This document shows, one piece after another, positions 1 through 10,602 of a DNA stretch of 32,000 nucleotides. The position numbers and the translations under genes were made by a program. Source of the DNA: Isochrysis galbana (taxonomy: Eukaryota); NCBI GenBank assembly GCA_018136815.1, contig CM030935.1, forward strand, positions 6,076,935-6,108,934, in the 5' to 3' direction. The notes below the pieces were generated by a model, which saw only the letters and a program-made list of their open reading frames with translations, had not been told where the DNA came from and made no database searches. Numbering within the stretch: position 1 is the stretch's first letter; the number at the start of each line of letters is the position of its first letter.

Positions 1-2691
1 AACCTACATGGGCCGGACGGCCTTCCTCTCATCACTAGGGGCCGGGCTAGCCTCGTCTTCTCCTTGTCCGGTCGCCTCTTCCGTCATTCGTTCGCGGTCA
101 TCGAAGGAAACGCGATGCTTCTGCTCGGGAACGATTTTTTGGCCGCCCACTCCGCTACCATTTCTCTCGACGCCGCGAGCTCGGAAGGAAGCCTCCGCCT
201 CCGTCCGGCCTCTGGCGATTCAGAAGACTCTTCAAGAGTCCTTTCCGAATGTGTAGTCAGAGTTTCCACGGCGCCGCCCCCAGTCGCGGACGCCGGCTTC
301 GTCGGAGCTATCTCGATGTCACCCGGTCAGCCGCTGACTGTCGACTTTCTGGAGAGGTCGACGGCAACACGAGAGATCCCGGCCGGATCGGAGGGTGAGG
401 CTGCTGCTGATGCTAGACAGCCACTCTATACACCTCTCTTTGAGTCTGCCGACGAGTTTGCGGCCAAAGCTCCGGCGTCTACCTCGTCCGAATATCTTCT
501 CTACACGGAGCAAGCGGTGACGATTCCTGCCTTCCACCGCGCAACCATCTGGGTCAGGGTTCCGCTAGCTCTCCGAGATCATTCGGACTGCGCGATGCTG
601 GTCGACCGCCTACCAAATCGCGAGGCTCTCGATTCGTCTCCTCTCGTAATGCCCACGGTGGTCACGCCCACGGAAGATCATCGCATCGCGGTGACGATCG
701 TCCACACCGGGGTCAATGCGCTGACCCTGCCGTCTCTGCATCCGATAGCTTCGCTCCAGGTGCGTTTCAAGTTGCACCGGGGCTGGACTCCGACTGGAAG
801 CGAGGGGGATGGTGACCCTGTCACCGCGCTGAGCGAGGAGCAACGATCTCTACTCGACTCAGCCACCATCGATCCAGACCGGCTTCTTTCCGACGATCAA
901 CGAGAAGAAGTACGCCAACTCTTGGCCCGGCGCATCAAAGCTTTCGCGTTGCACCCGGGGGCTCCAAACCATACGCACGTTCTCGAGGTGGAGTTGCCAC
1001 TCAACCCCGGCGCTGTTCCTCACCGGCACGCTCCGTCTAGAGTGGGCCGCGCAGGCGAGCTCATCATAGAAGAGGAGGTAGCCAAGATGGAAGCCGCCGG
1101 CATTATTCGCAAGTCAAATTCGGCTTGGGCTTCCCGAGTAGTCCTGGTCAGCAAGAAAGATGGCTCCGTTCGATTCTGCGTGGACTACCGCGACACGAGC
1201 GCCAAGCTACGCGTCGAGGATAGCCCTCTACCCCTCATTGTGGAGGCTATCGATAGGCTAGCGTCCGGCCAAGGGCCGCTCAGTTCTCTCTTCTTATGTA
1301 CTCTCGATTTAGCCTCTGGTTTTTGGGGCATCCCGATCAAAGAATCGCACAAACATATCACCGCTTTCACTACCCACCGCGGCAAATACGAGTTCAACTT
1401 TCTACCGTTCGGCATCCAATCAGGTCCCTCCTACATGTGCCGCTTGATGGACATCGTTCTCGGTGCGCTAGCGTGGGAGATCTGCATGCCTTACCTCGAT
1501 GATGTGGGCATCTGGTCAACGGGCGTGGGTCCTTCCGAAGAGGCCAGGGCACAGGCTTCGTTCGAGCAAATGCTTCACCGGCTAGACCTCGTTCTCGAAC
1601 GGCTAGAGTGGGCCGGTCTGACCTGCAAGATGTCCAAGTGTGTCTTCTTTGCCACCTCTACGGAGTACCTCGGTCACGTTGTCTCGAGGGAAGGTCTCAA
1701 GATGGACCCGAAGAAGGTCGCAGCTGTCGCCGACATCGACCCGTCATCCATCAACTCCTTGGAAGCGGTTCGATCTTTCCTCGGCCTTTGCTCCTACTAT
1801 CGTCGATTCATTCGCCAATTCGCCGCTAAGGCTGCTCCTCTCACTGCCCTCACGCGGAAGGGCTGCGACGTGGCAAAGGAGTCCCAGTCCGAGGAGTGTC
1901 GCCGAGCTATCCAAGAGCTCAAGACAGCGATCACTTCGGAGCCCGTCTTGACTCCACCCAGGGATGATCGGCCCTTCATCGTCAAGACCGATGGGGCTAG
2001 CAAGTTGGGTATCGCCGGCATCCTCTCGCAGCTAGGAGACGATAACCGTGAACGAGTCGTTGGGTATTACGCTCGCAGTCTCACCTCGGCCGAACGCCAT
2101 TGGACGGTGACCGAGATTGAGCTCTTGGCTGCCCTGGAATCAATCCGAAATTGGCGACCCTACCTTTGGGGGCGTCGGTTCAAGTTAGTCGTTGACCACT
2201 CTGCGCTGCGATGGCTGCATACCATGAAGGATCAAGTAGCCGGTGGGCCAGCCTCTCGGCTGACTCGGTGGGCTCTCAAGTTGGCTGAGTACCGGTTCGA
2301 TGTCGAACATAAACCAGGAGCTGTTCATCAGGATGCTGACGGGCTGTCCCGGCTAGCATCCCTGGAGCCGGAACACGAAGATGAACCACTCGCCGGCCCA
2401 GCGCCGCTAGCGGTACGTGAGCCTAGCTCAGAGTCTCTAGCCGAGCATGAACGGTCTCATCCGGTGGCTGCCATCACGCGCTCCGTAGCTACGGCGCGAG
2501 GGCTTCAAGCTTTGGATCGATCTCGTCGTCGAGCCTCCGATTCCGGGCCCGCCATCCAGTCCAGTTATTTGGCCCCGCGTACGCCGACTTCCGAAGAGAT
2601 GAAAGCGGCACCCGGCGCAACACCCGAGCAAAGCTCCTGTAAAAGGGAGAAGTGGGTGGGGCAGTGCGTACGAAAGAGGCCGCCGCGTTAA
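1..2691 (+). CDS. Ty3/gypsy-type retrotransposon Pol: C-terminal part of retropepsin, reverse transcriptase, RNase H
   Basis: Frame 1 is open from base 1 (NLHGPDGLPLITRGRASLVFS...), so the track's start at 64 (TTG) is artificial. Protease tail LLLGNDFLAAHSATISLD; RT motifs VRFCVDYRDTS, LDLASGFWGIPI, FNFLPFGIQSGPS, MPYLDDVGIWS; RNase H PFIVKTDGASKLGIAGIL, WTVTEIELLAALE, VVDHSALRWL; then HQDADGLSRL. No integrase HHCC/DDE seen downstream. Confidence 0.94.
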   Translation, partial: NLHGPDGLPLITRGRASLVFSLSGRLFRHSFAVIEGNAMLLLGNDFLAAHSATISLDAASSEGSLRLRPASGDSEDSSRVLSECVVRVSTAPPPVADAGFVGAISMSPGQPLTVDFLERSTATREIPAGSEGEAAADARQPLYTPLFESADEFAAKAPASTSSEYLLYTEQAVTIPAFHRATIWVRVPLALRDHSDCAMLVDRLPNREALDSSPLVMPTVVTPTEDHRIAVTIVHTGVNALTLPSLHPIASLQVRFKLHRGWTPTGSEGDGDPVTALSEEQRSLLDSATIDPDRLLSDDQREEVRQLLARRIKAFALHPGAPNHTHVLEVELPLNPGAVPHRHAPSRVGRAGELIIEEEVAKMEAAGIIRKSNSAWASRVVLVSKKDGSVRFCVDYRDTSAKLRVEDSPLPLIVEAIDRLASGQGPLSSLFLCTLDLASGFWGIPIKESHKHITAFTTHRGKYEFNFLPFGIQSGPSYMCRLMDIVLGALAWEICMPYLDDVGIWSTGVGPSEEARAQASFEQMLHRLDLVLERLEWAGLTCKMSKCVFFATSTEYLGHVVSREGLKMDPKKVAAVADIDPSSINSLEAVRSFLGLCSYYRRFIRQFAAKAAPLTALTRKGCDVAKESQSEECRRAIQELKTAITSEPVLTPPRDDRPFIVKTDGASKLGIAGILSQLGDDNRERVVGYYARSLTSAERHWTVTEIELLAALESIRNWRPYLWGRRFKLVVDHSALRWLHTMKDQVAGGPASRLTRWALKLAEYRFDVEHKPGAVHQDADGLSRLASLEPEHEDEPLAGPAPLAVREPSSESLAEHERSHPVAAITRSVATARGLQALDRSRRRASDSGPAIQSSYLAPRTPTSEEMKAAPGATPEQSSCKREKWVGQCVRKRPPR

Positions 2692-4433
2692 GCCGCCGAT
2701 TTCGTGCTCGCTTTGGATCCAAAGGGTGTTCTTGTCTCCACGTTTCGCTCGCTATGTTTCGTTGCTTCTTGTTCCGATTCTGACCTCTGGTCAGCTCAGG
2801 TTCCAGGTTCCAGGTCTCTGTTTCCAGGTTCACCGCTCGACATCGGGAGACGTCTCGATCTTAGTCGGGGGGTGTCGCATTCATCCTAGATGATGCGATT
2901 TCCAGGCTCTTGTTTCCAGGTCCTTCGCCGTGCGGCCACACGGTGAAGCTCAGGTACATCTAGGTTGGTAGGGTTCGTCCCTAGCGATCTAGAATTCGAG
3001 TTCTCGTTTCGTTCCTTCTAGCCTGTTTGTCAGGTCTAGATTCCAGGTTTCCTCCTTTCGGGTAATCTTTACCTAAAGGAGCCAGGTCGCCTGTTGCTCG
3101 CTGCGCGCTTGTCTCAGGCTCTCAGGTTACCTTGTGAAGGCTTGTTTAGCTTCTTGCAAGGCTTGTCGTTTCTTGTTGGGTTCCGGTTCTTTCTTGGGAC
3201 CTGCTGACTTTCGTTGTCGTCCAGGCCTGTTCTTCATAGGTTCTGCTTGGCCTGGTTAGGGTTTCGTTGCCTTCCCGCGTTTGGCGTTCGTCTTGGCGTT
3301 CGGAAATTTCCTCTCACATTCCCTAGGTCCGCTACCCTTGGCTTGTAGGTCCTTGCTTCTTTCTTCTCGGTCAAGGTGTTTGGCGAGCGAGTCGGTTGCT
3401 CTAGCCGCTCGAGATTTGAGGTTTAATTTGCCATCTCCCCTTGGAGACCGGTGTAGGTTCGCTTCCTAGGTGAGGGAATCTTTCCCCTTGATGCAAGTTA
3501 CATGCAAGCCCTTGGCCCCTTTGGTGTTTCTTCCCCTTGGTTGCTACTCAGGGTTGTTCGTTAGAAGCGTCTAGAAGGTTCACGCTCAACGGCAAGATTT
3601 CCTCTGTCGTGAAGATATCTCGTTGCGATCTGTATCCAAAGTGATCGCCGTGGTCGCGCGACATGACGCTCCCCTTCGGACTCTCCGCTACGTGGGAAGT
3701 TACAACGGAGACACGCTCCGGCCGTCGCTGTGGAGTCTCTCTCTCTCTCGCTCTCTCTCTCCGTCTCTCGCGACGTGTTTGAGTTATCGGTGATTTGGGG
3801 TCGCGGTTGCTTGATAATTTGCTTGGTTTGGGTGAATGATTCCGGTGTGTTCGTGAGTCGGTGTATCCTGTTGTTCTCAGCTTCGTTGTCCGTCGTTGTT
3901 CGCTGCGTCGCTGCACTCAAGCAGCTTAGGCTCCCTCCCTGAGGGAAGAGTTCTTTGTAGGTCTAACAATCTCTTACAACCCATCACACTAGGGCCGCTA
4001 GGAGCGCCTCGCCGCCCCACAGCCCTTCGTTCGCCGTTCGTTCCCCGTCCAGACACCCAAATGGGGTTGCCCGACCCAGTCCAGAATTTCATTCACCCGA
4101 CTCCCGGTGGGGAGGAGGGCCAAAGCGCCGCGCTAGCCGCCGGTGCTGCTCGCGACGGAGTGGCTCAGAGCCCTCCGGCTCCGCTCGACTCGACACCTGC
4201 CTTGCGGCCCGTCCCTCGTGCGCTACCTAGGGGCTGGGTGAATGGGGTTTCCTGCAGCAGATGGTGTGCACCGATCCCCGATAGGTTTTTCCTCCCCTTC
4301 CTCCTGTACCATCGGGCTACCGGTTTCTATGTTGTTTTCTTTTTATAGACCTATGAGATGGGCGGAGTGTTTCCGTGCTTACGGGGGTCGAGGCAGGGCG
4401 GGTGAGTGAAGCGTCGTGCCGGCCTATGCGCGG

Positions 4434-5369
4434 TTACGCTAGCTTTTCCGTTAGTTGGAGTGCATTGGCTATTGCGGCCAGGTTACCGCCTAACATCAGT
4501 GTGCCTTTATCGTTGAATGTAAAGACGGGCGCGCAAAGCTCGCGCGGGGACTTGAGCTTCGGTTTTCTCCCTTGTGAGGCTATGCTAGTGCGTGCGGTCG
4601 AGGGCTTGTCCGGGGGGGTGAGTTCTCTGGCGAGGGCCGTAAATCTGCTAAGGGTTTTCTCGATGACCGGCACGTGATGGAAAGTGTAGTTGTCAAATTC
4701 TACTTTGTAAAAGTCACCTATTATGTACCTCCACGCTATGATGTAGAGGGCTTTGAGGCTGTCGGGTGTCGTTGTGTTCGGGTATACGAAGAGTCTGTCT
4801 TTGAGCTTTTGTGCTGTCGATCTGTCTACTCTAGGCGTGTACCCCGTCACCGCTTCTACGGCCTGGAAGATTTGTTGAGTGGAGGGGCATCTGGCGAGGT
4901 GTGTCGAGTTTTCGCGATGTTTTTTACATAATCTGCATTTCGCCGTGGTCGCCGTGGCGAATCGGTTTCGTGTGCCTAGCCTCCTATGAGTGATGTGTTT
5001 AAAGTGGGGGTGTTTGTCGGTGTGCTTGAGCATCGGGTGTGTGTATAGTTTTGCCACGTGGATCCACTCATCCCGGGTCAAGTCTAGTTTACGGGTCCAC
5101 TTTTCTCGGGCCGGTTGCGGTTTGATTGAGGTGTGTGTTGTGCCCATAGGGGCCACCCGGCCACGGGCCGCGCTGCCGGAGCAGCGCGGCCCTTGCCAGG
5201 GCGAGAGGGGCCTCTGCCATAAGGCATGCCCAATGGAGGGGTGGCTGCATGAGCCTGGCACTGGTGGGGTGCTGCCAGCAGCCTGCTGCCCCCCATGGGG
5301 GAGGCCAGCATGGCTGCCATGTGTGGTGTGGCCGGGGCCACGGGCCGTGTGGCACGACCGGAGTCGCAC
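4434..5369 (-). mobile_element. 3' part of a LINE-like element: post-RT tail with CCHC-like zinc-binding motif, fused to a 5' module (internally deleted copy)
   Basis: ORF contains CRLCKKHRENSTHLARCP (C-x2-C-x8-H-x3-C) typical of sequence downstream of non-LTR RTs. The N-terminal portion overlaps sequence homologous to 30514-30870. Confidence 0.55.
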
Positions 5370-5373
5370 GCAC

Positions 5374-5490
5374 CTGCTCGGCCTCGGTGGGCGGACGCGG
5401 CCGCTTCGTCAGCGGCTGCTCCATGGGCACTGGGGGGGCGCCCTCGGTGGGGGGCCCGAAGGAGAGGGGAGTCGCGTCGGCGCGCTCCAT
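5374..5490 (-). other. Putative first exon/5' module of LINE-like element (MERADATPLSFGPPTEGAPPVPMEQPLTKRPRPPTEAEQ), followed by GTGCGT
   Basis: Same length (117 nt) and clearly alignable to 30514-30630, with the same flanking CTAAGTTTATACTT upstream and a GT immediately after CAG. Confidence 0.5.
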
Positions 5491-5602
5491 CGCGTCTAAG
5501 TATAAACTTAGTTATGCCCAAATATGTTTTGAAAATATGCCGTTTATATGTGAGGCTCTAACCCAAATATCAAATATGTCGAAAATATGTAGATATGTCA
5601 CC

Positions 5603-5659
5603 ATGTCGCCGCGGTACGAGCTGTGAGCTGTGCGTGCACGCGTGCACGCGCGGCGACAT
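5603..5659. repeat. Hairpin-capable inverted repeat with inner 18-bp perfect palindrome (5632-5649, GCGTGCACGCGTGCACGC)
   Basis: Arms ATGTCGCCGCG (5603-5613) and CGCGGCGACAT (5649-5659). Confidence 0.8.
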
Positions 5660-5787
5660 ATGTGAGAAGAAGCGTCCACCGTCCGCCCCCCCAACATCAG
5701 CAATAGTTAGTTACTTGTAGTGAGCCATATTATTGCTAACTGCTAATTGCACACTATTGGCTAACATGCTAAGATACTCCTTCACGC

Positions 5788-6072
5788 TTACATGCGGCAC
5801 TCATTATCACGCTTGTTGCGATTGTATCGCAACATGACGGACGCTTGGATCTGATCGGCCAAAGAAGTGGACCGGTCCGATGGGAACATGCATGAAAGCA
5901 ACGAAAAGACGCGCTCGCAACACGCCGAGTTTGGAGAAAGAGACAGGGCACTCCTAGCTGCCTTCGCCCACGTTGGGAATCGAGTATGATTGGCAGCCCA
6001 CCATGCAAGGACGTCCTTCGTGAAGTCAGCGACATCTGCTACGTTGATTGTCACCCCTTGGCAAGCCAACAA
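5788..6072 (-). pseudogene. hAT-family transposase C-terminal dimerisation domain fragment
   Basis: DVLAWWAANHTRFPTWAKAARSALSLSPNSACCERVFSLL...SLADQIQASVMLRYNRNKR matches the hAT_C pattern (W..n...FP.la..Ar..L...p.SsA.cERvFS). The rest of the transposase is absent. Confidence 0.85.
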
Positions 6073-6136
6073 ATATGATGGGAGCTTGTTTAGCCCTTCA
6101 ATCTCCCATTGTAGCTGGTGCCATCCGCAACCCCAT

Positions 6137-6153
6137 AGTGAGTGACCGGGCTA
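6137..6153. repeat. 17-bp terminal-repeat-like sequence AGTGAGTGACCGGGCTA
   Basis: Reverse complement TAGCCCGGTCACTCACT is identical to 9246-9262 and to the inverted copy at 9973-9989; homology with 9246 extends inward (TGCGGAnGGCACnAGCTACAnTG). Confidence 0.7.
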
Positions 6154-6609
6154 TCTGAGTGGGGGCGCGCGCGTTGGCATGTCAATTGGCGGGAAGGAAG
6201 GGCTGGATAGCTGGGGCGGGTGACGGGTGTGTGTGTGCTGGAAGCGACACTTCTGCCCTTTGGGGACGGCAGAGGACGGGGTTCCAGTCCCGCAACCCCG
6301 AGAGTGGCCTTTGGTGGGCACTTGCAGGTATTGTGAACTAAGTTGATAGGTGAACTAAGTATGAAGCCGTAGTTGTATAGCGATAATAGAACAGGTATTT
6401 AATGCCATGATACTTCACCCTTGGCGGCCTAGTTGTGATGGCCGACCGTTTTGTGCCTTCAAGCTGGCATTTCCGCGGATGACAACTGCGCGAGGCTGCA
6501 CGGCACTATCCAACAACAATGACGGACGATCGCCAGAGACATCAAGAGGCGCTGGCTTGCCGTCGGGTGAGTGCCGAGACAGGACGCACGCGTCCGGGGG
6601 GGGCATCGC

Positions 6610-8268
6610 CTACACCATTACCCAACTCGTCCTCATACTTGCCAAGGCGTGCACCTTCCCCACCCCGCACGACCGCTCTACCGTGCGTGTCTCCTCCCTG
6701 CAACCCTTTCCTAGTGATATTGACAAGCTGGGATGCAATTTAACCTCACGCCACCCACGACATTGTGCTGCCTCCGCCTGTAGGAAAGTGTGTCGCTTGT
6801 GTGACTCCGGAGCCGATCGCAAGCAGCACCTCCAACGTGAGTAGGTCATCTGCCTACTCAACGAGCCCGTCGCATGCTCGTTCTGTCTTGCGACGCTCAC
6901 AGCGGCATCCTCTATGGCCTGCACCCACTTATCCATCTCGCCCGGCGTATCGGCGTAGAACACGAAGGAGGTATGGTGCCCCAACTCGAAGCCCGCCTCC
7001 GAGCCGGCTTTCAAAGACTTCATGCGAGTCACCTTAGTACAGGACCTCAGTCGAAATCCGCGGCGCTGCGTGCACAGCCCGAGGCCAATGGGGCTCACTC
7101 GCACGTCTTCAAGGGGCACAAGACCCAAGGGTTGCGCGTCGTCCGGCCGTCTGAAATAGTAGAGCACGGAGTTCGAAAGGATGACATAGCGACGATTCCA
7201 AGAGCGGCACCGACCACCGCACTTGTACAGCCACCCTTCGAATGACGACTCTATGAACTCTCGCTGCTCGATACGAATTTCGCGATCGACAACCGACGCG
7301 TAGAGACGGCGCAGCAGAAGCTCGGGCAGGTCGGCGCCGCAATCGATCCCGCGATTCCCGGAAATGAACTGGGCACACGTCATCTTGCGGTGCCGCGGAA
7401 TGCGCACAGAGTGTGCGTCCACATTGAGGATGATGAGAGAGTAACAGAGCACGTACACCGTTTCGGCGCAGAGCAGGCCAGCGGGTTTGCCGGCACCCGC
7501 CACGAGCGTTGCGTCCAGCGTCTCAATACTACCGTCGCTATGACGCTGGCACTCGGCATAGCGCTCGGCGAAGCTCTCAATGATGCGGGATATCTGCTGC
7601 GCTTCTCCGGGCAGGCGGAAGAGTGAGAGGAAGAACCGTAGAGCTTCGTCCAGATCAAGCGCGCTGAAGTCGAGAAGCCGCACGAGCGCGCTCAACACCG
7701 GCTGCGCGTCAGGCCGGCCGAGGTAGTCGCCGATTTGGTTGGTAGAAAGCCGCTTGCAGCTAAGCAGCCAACAGGCCACGTCAATGGGGGTGAGCTTCCG
7801 CCCTGGGAGCTCTGCTCCGCCCTCCCCGTCCACCGCAATGCCCTCTGCGGAAGGCTCGATGAGCGAGCGGACAGTCGCTGCAGGCTCCCTGCGGAACTGA
7901 TGCGCGGCCCTGCACGGGACGGGTGGGTTGACCACGCGTGCTACGAGCACCCTCGAGCCATCTGGCAGATTGGCGGCGAGCTCGGTGGTGCGCTCGCTCT
8001 CGGTCGGCCCGTCCCTTGTCCAAAGGCGCGAGGGCGAGGCAAGATCCTGAGTCGGCAGCTGGCCCTCGTCTATCCCACCTGCCGAGCCCTGGCTCGACGA
8101 GAAGCTGGCACCGTCGTCCCCCGCTGAGTGAGAGGAGGAGCGCTCATGGAGCAGTGGCTCAGAGCATCCGCCGCTCGGCCGTGCCGCGCAAGGGCAGAGG
8201 CAGCGGTTCCAGCCGTCGGGGCGCCGCTCGTCGGTCAGCTTGAGCCACGAATGAGACTCGGCGCCCAT
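6610..8268 (-). CDS. Sec7-PH domain ARF guanine nucleotide exchange factor (cytohesin-like)
   Basis: Sec7: LSTNQIGDYLGRPDAQPVL, LDLDEALRFFLSLFRLPGEAQQISRIIESFAERY (catalytic glutamate in FRLPGEAQ), VYVLCYSLIILNVDAHS, MTCAQFISGNRGIDCGADLPELLLRRLY. PH: FEGWLYKCGGRCRSWNRRYVILSNSVLYYF...EMDKWVQAIEDA. First ATG at 8268; the last ~70 codons may be intron read-through. Confidence 0.9.
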   Translation of the reverse strand: MGAESHSWLKLTDERRPDGWNRCLCPCAARPSGGCSEPLLHERSSSHSAGDDGASFSSSQGSAGGIDEGQLPTQDLASPSRLWTRDGPTESERTTELAANLPDGSRVLVARVVNPPVPCRAAHQFRREPAATVRSLIEPSAEGIAVDGEGGAELPGRKLTPIDVACWLLSCKRLSTNQIGDYLGRPDAQPVLSALVRLLDFSALDLDEALRFFLSLFRLPGEAQQISRIIESFAERYAECQRHSDGSIETLDATLVAGAGKPAGLLCAETVYVLCYSLIILNVDAHSVRIPRHRKMTCAQFISGNRGIDCGADLPELLLRRLYASVVDREIRIEQREFIESSFEGWLYKCGGRCRSWNRRYVILSNSVLYYFRRPDDAQPLGLVPLEDVRVSPIGLGLCTQRRGFRLRSCTKVTRMKSLKAGSEAGFELGHHTSFVFYADTPGEMDKWVQAIEDAAVSVARQNEHATGSLSRQMTYSRWRCCLRSAPESHKRHTFLQAEAAQCRGWREVKLHPSLSISLGKGCREETRTVERSCGVGKVHALASMRTSWVMV

Positions 8269-8746
8269 CGGCGTCCTGGCGTCAGCGAAGGGAGGGAAGG
8301 GAGGGAGGGGGCGAGGGAAAGCAAGGGAGGGGGGAGGGGGGGGGGGGCGGTAAGGCAAGGCGGAAGGGTGGGGCGCGCTTGAGAAAGAAGAGAGAAGAGA
8401 ACGAAGCACGCAGAGGTGAGAGGGGAGCTAGAGGACTTTAGGCAGTTCTCTCTCTTGATGAAAACTCAAGGAATTATTAGGAGTGAGGCGGTCCCTCCTG
8501 GAGGCGCCCTCCTCCTCCCTTTTCCCGCCCTCTCTCCTCCACTCCCCCCCCCACACTCTGCTCTCTCCACAGAACTCTGTTGTGTTCCTCACCCCCCCCT
8601 CATTTCCTCTCCTCTGCGCGGCTGAGCTTCTCTCCTGCTTTCTCCCTCTCCTGTTCTTCTCTCCTCCTCTCCTTGAAGGAGGAGGGACGGCGCGCAGCAG
8701 GTTCTCTCTCCTCTTGCGGTTCCTTTGGCTTCTTCCCCGGGTCGCC

Positions 8747-8777
<31 letters not shown>

Positions 8778-8948
8778 GGAGAGAGAGGAGAGAGAGAAGG
8801 GACTTACTTACAACCCGGGTAAAGTACAAAAAAGAAGAGGGAAAAGGAGAGAAGGAGAAGAGAAAGAGAGAGAGGGGAGGGGGGAGAGAGAGGTGATGAT
8901 GCGAGACAAGAGGGGGGAGAGAGAGAGAGAGAAAGGGAGGGAGGGAGG

Positions 8949-9015
<67 letters not shown>

Positions 9016-9036
9016 AGAGAGAGAGAAGACGGAAAG
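8747..9036. repeat. Polypurine (GA)n/(GGGA)n region with a G31 run at 8987-9017
   Basis: Direct reading. Confidence 0.95.
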
Positions 9037-9245
9037 GAGGCCGAGAGCTCCTCATGATATTTATAACAGCGACGACGTCAAAGAGATCCTTCCTTGCTGC
9101 GCTTCACGAGTTAGAACCGTCAGAGCACTTTACAAGAGTACACGTGTTCGTTCGAGATTCAAGAACTGCCCTTCAACTCCTTAGAGCTCTACTGCCGCGC
9201 GGGCCGAAGCACCGAACTCCTAGCTAGATGGTAGATGGGAAATGC

Positions 9246-9989
9246 TAGCCCGGTCACTCACTGTGGGGGTGCGGAGGGCACAAGCTACACTGTATAAATG
9301 AAGTGCTAAGTAAGCTCGTAAGCTCCCTATACCTATACAGTAGCGGCGCGCGGCGCACAATTACAATTAAGAAAACAGAAAATTTTGTCCTCTATACCTA
9401 TACTATACTTTCCTTAGCGCTCGCTCGGCCGCGAGACCATAGGAGTTTCTTAAGCTGGGTTTCTTGCTCGCACGGCCTCCCTGGAACCGGCTTCTTGCCA
9501 ACGTCAAGCGAGCCAAAGCAGTGGGGCTCGAGCGCAAGCGAATCAAGGCATTCCTGCAGCGCGTGGGGCGAGGATGGGTCAGTGTGGATGTGTGCCACCC
9601 TCAAGACCCCGCGTGCTCCCTACCAGTGGCCCCCCACACTGCTCGCGAGAGGTGTGGGCTCACCATGCCCACTACCTCCAGGCCATTCTTCGGCCAATCG
9701 CGGGCGATTGCCCTTCGCGGAAGCTCCGCGTTTCTTATAGTGATGCGCCCCTTATTCATTTCTCTGATTCCCTCCCGTGGGCGACCGTGTCATTCTCCCA
9801 AAATAGACCGCCACGCCCGGGGGAAGGGAGGGGGGTCACTCACCGACGCCATTGCCTTTCGTGGGGCGGGAGGGGGTTCGTGGGGGGGGGGAGACGGTTG
9901 CCGGGGCAGGTAGGGGGGGACCCTGCGGAATCCTTGGACACCCAGGGGAGGCGGAAAATAGTGGTTAAAAAGAGTGAGTGACCGGGCTA
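9246..9989. mobile_element. Candidate non-autonomous element bounded by 17-bp inverted repeats TAGCCCGGTCACTCACT
   Basis: 9246-9262 and 9973-9989 are perfect inverted repeats. The same end sits beside the hAT remnant at 6153. No matching 8-bp TSD (GGAAATGC vs GGAGAGGG). Confidence 0.5.
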
Positions 9990-10115
9990 GGAGAGGGAGG
10001 TGGTGGCGATGGAGGCGGCGGTGATGGAGGTGGAGGAGAGGGTGGTGGAGGAGATGGAGGTGGTGGCGAGGGGCGAGGGTGGTGGTGGCGAGGGAGGTGG
10101 AGGAGACGGAGAGGC
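9990..10115. repeat. GGTGGTGGCGAT/GGAGGC minisatellite-like tract; minus frame would read (SPPPP)n
   Basis: Minus-strand translation SPPPPSPPPPSPPPPSPPPPSPPPPSPSP. Confidence 0.7.
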
Positions 10116-10524
10116 CGCGAGCGGTCCTCGACGAAAGAAAAAAATGGCTGCGCCGCGCTTCGCGTGGGGGGGGGGGGGAGCGGGGAAGGGCGTGGGGGGG
10201 GCGGGGGGGGGGGGCGGGGGGGAATCGCCGAGGATGCCCCCCCCCCCCGCCCCCCGAGGACGTGGAGGGCGCGCGCGGGGGGGGGGGGGGGGGGGCAGCG
10301 TGGCGCGGGAGCGGGGGGGAGGAGATAGAGGGAGGAAGCGGCGAGAGAGTGGAGGCGGTACACGAGAGGGGAGGGGCGATCGTGTGAAGAGAGCGGCCAG
10401 ATGGCATGAAGAAAGCACGAGGGGAGGAGTATGGCAGAGGGAGCAGCGCGGGAGGAGCCCTCTTCTGGTGGGTGAGGTCGTTAGAAAGAGAGAGGGGGGG
10501 GGGAGAGCGAGGATGGCGATCCGA

Positions 10525-10533
10525 GGAGGGAGG

Positions 10534-10602
<69 letters not shown>

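Noticed and set aside
6270-6300. tRNA T-arm-like GGGTTCCAGTCCCGCAACCCC
   Set aside because: No acceptor, D or anticodon arms found in the expected positions.
8559-9057. RERERE/SLSLSL proteins over 8.5-9.0, 9.8-10.8, 13.7-14.3, 22.1-23.4 kb
   Set aside because: Translations of (GA)n/(CT)n and homopolymer tracts, open in several frames on both strands; no codon-level evidence.
9990-10115. Extensin-like (SPPPP)n protein on the minus strand
   Set aside because: Only a short repeat-derived stretch, no signal peptide or gene context; kept as a repeat.
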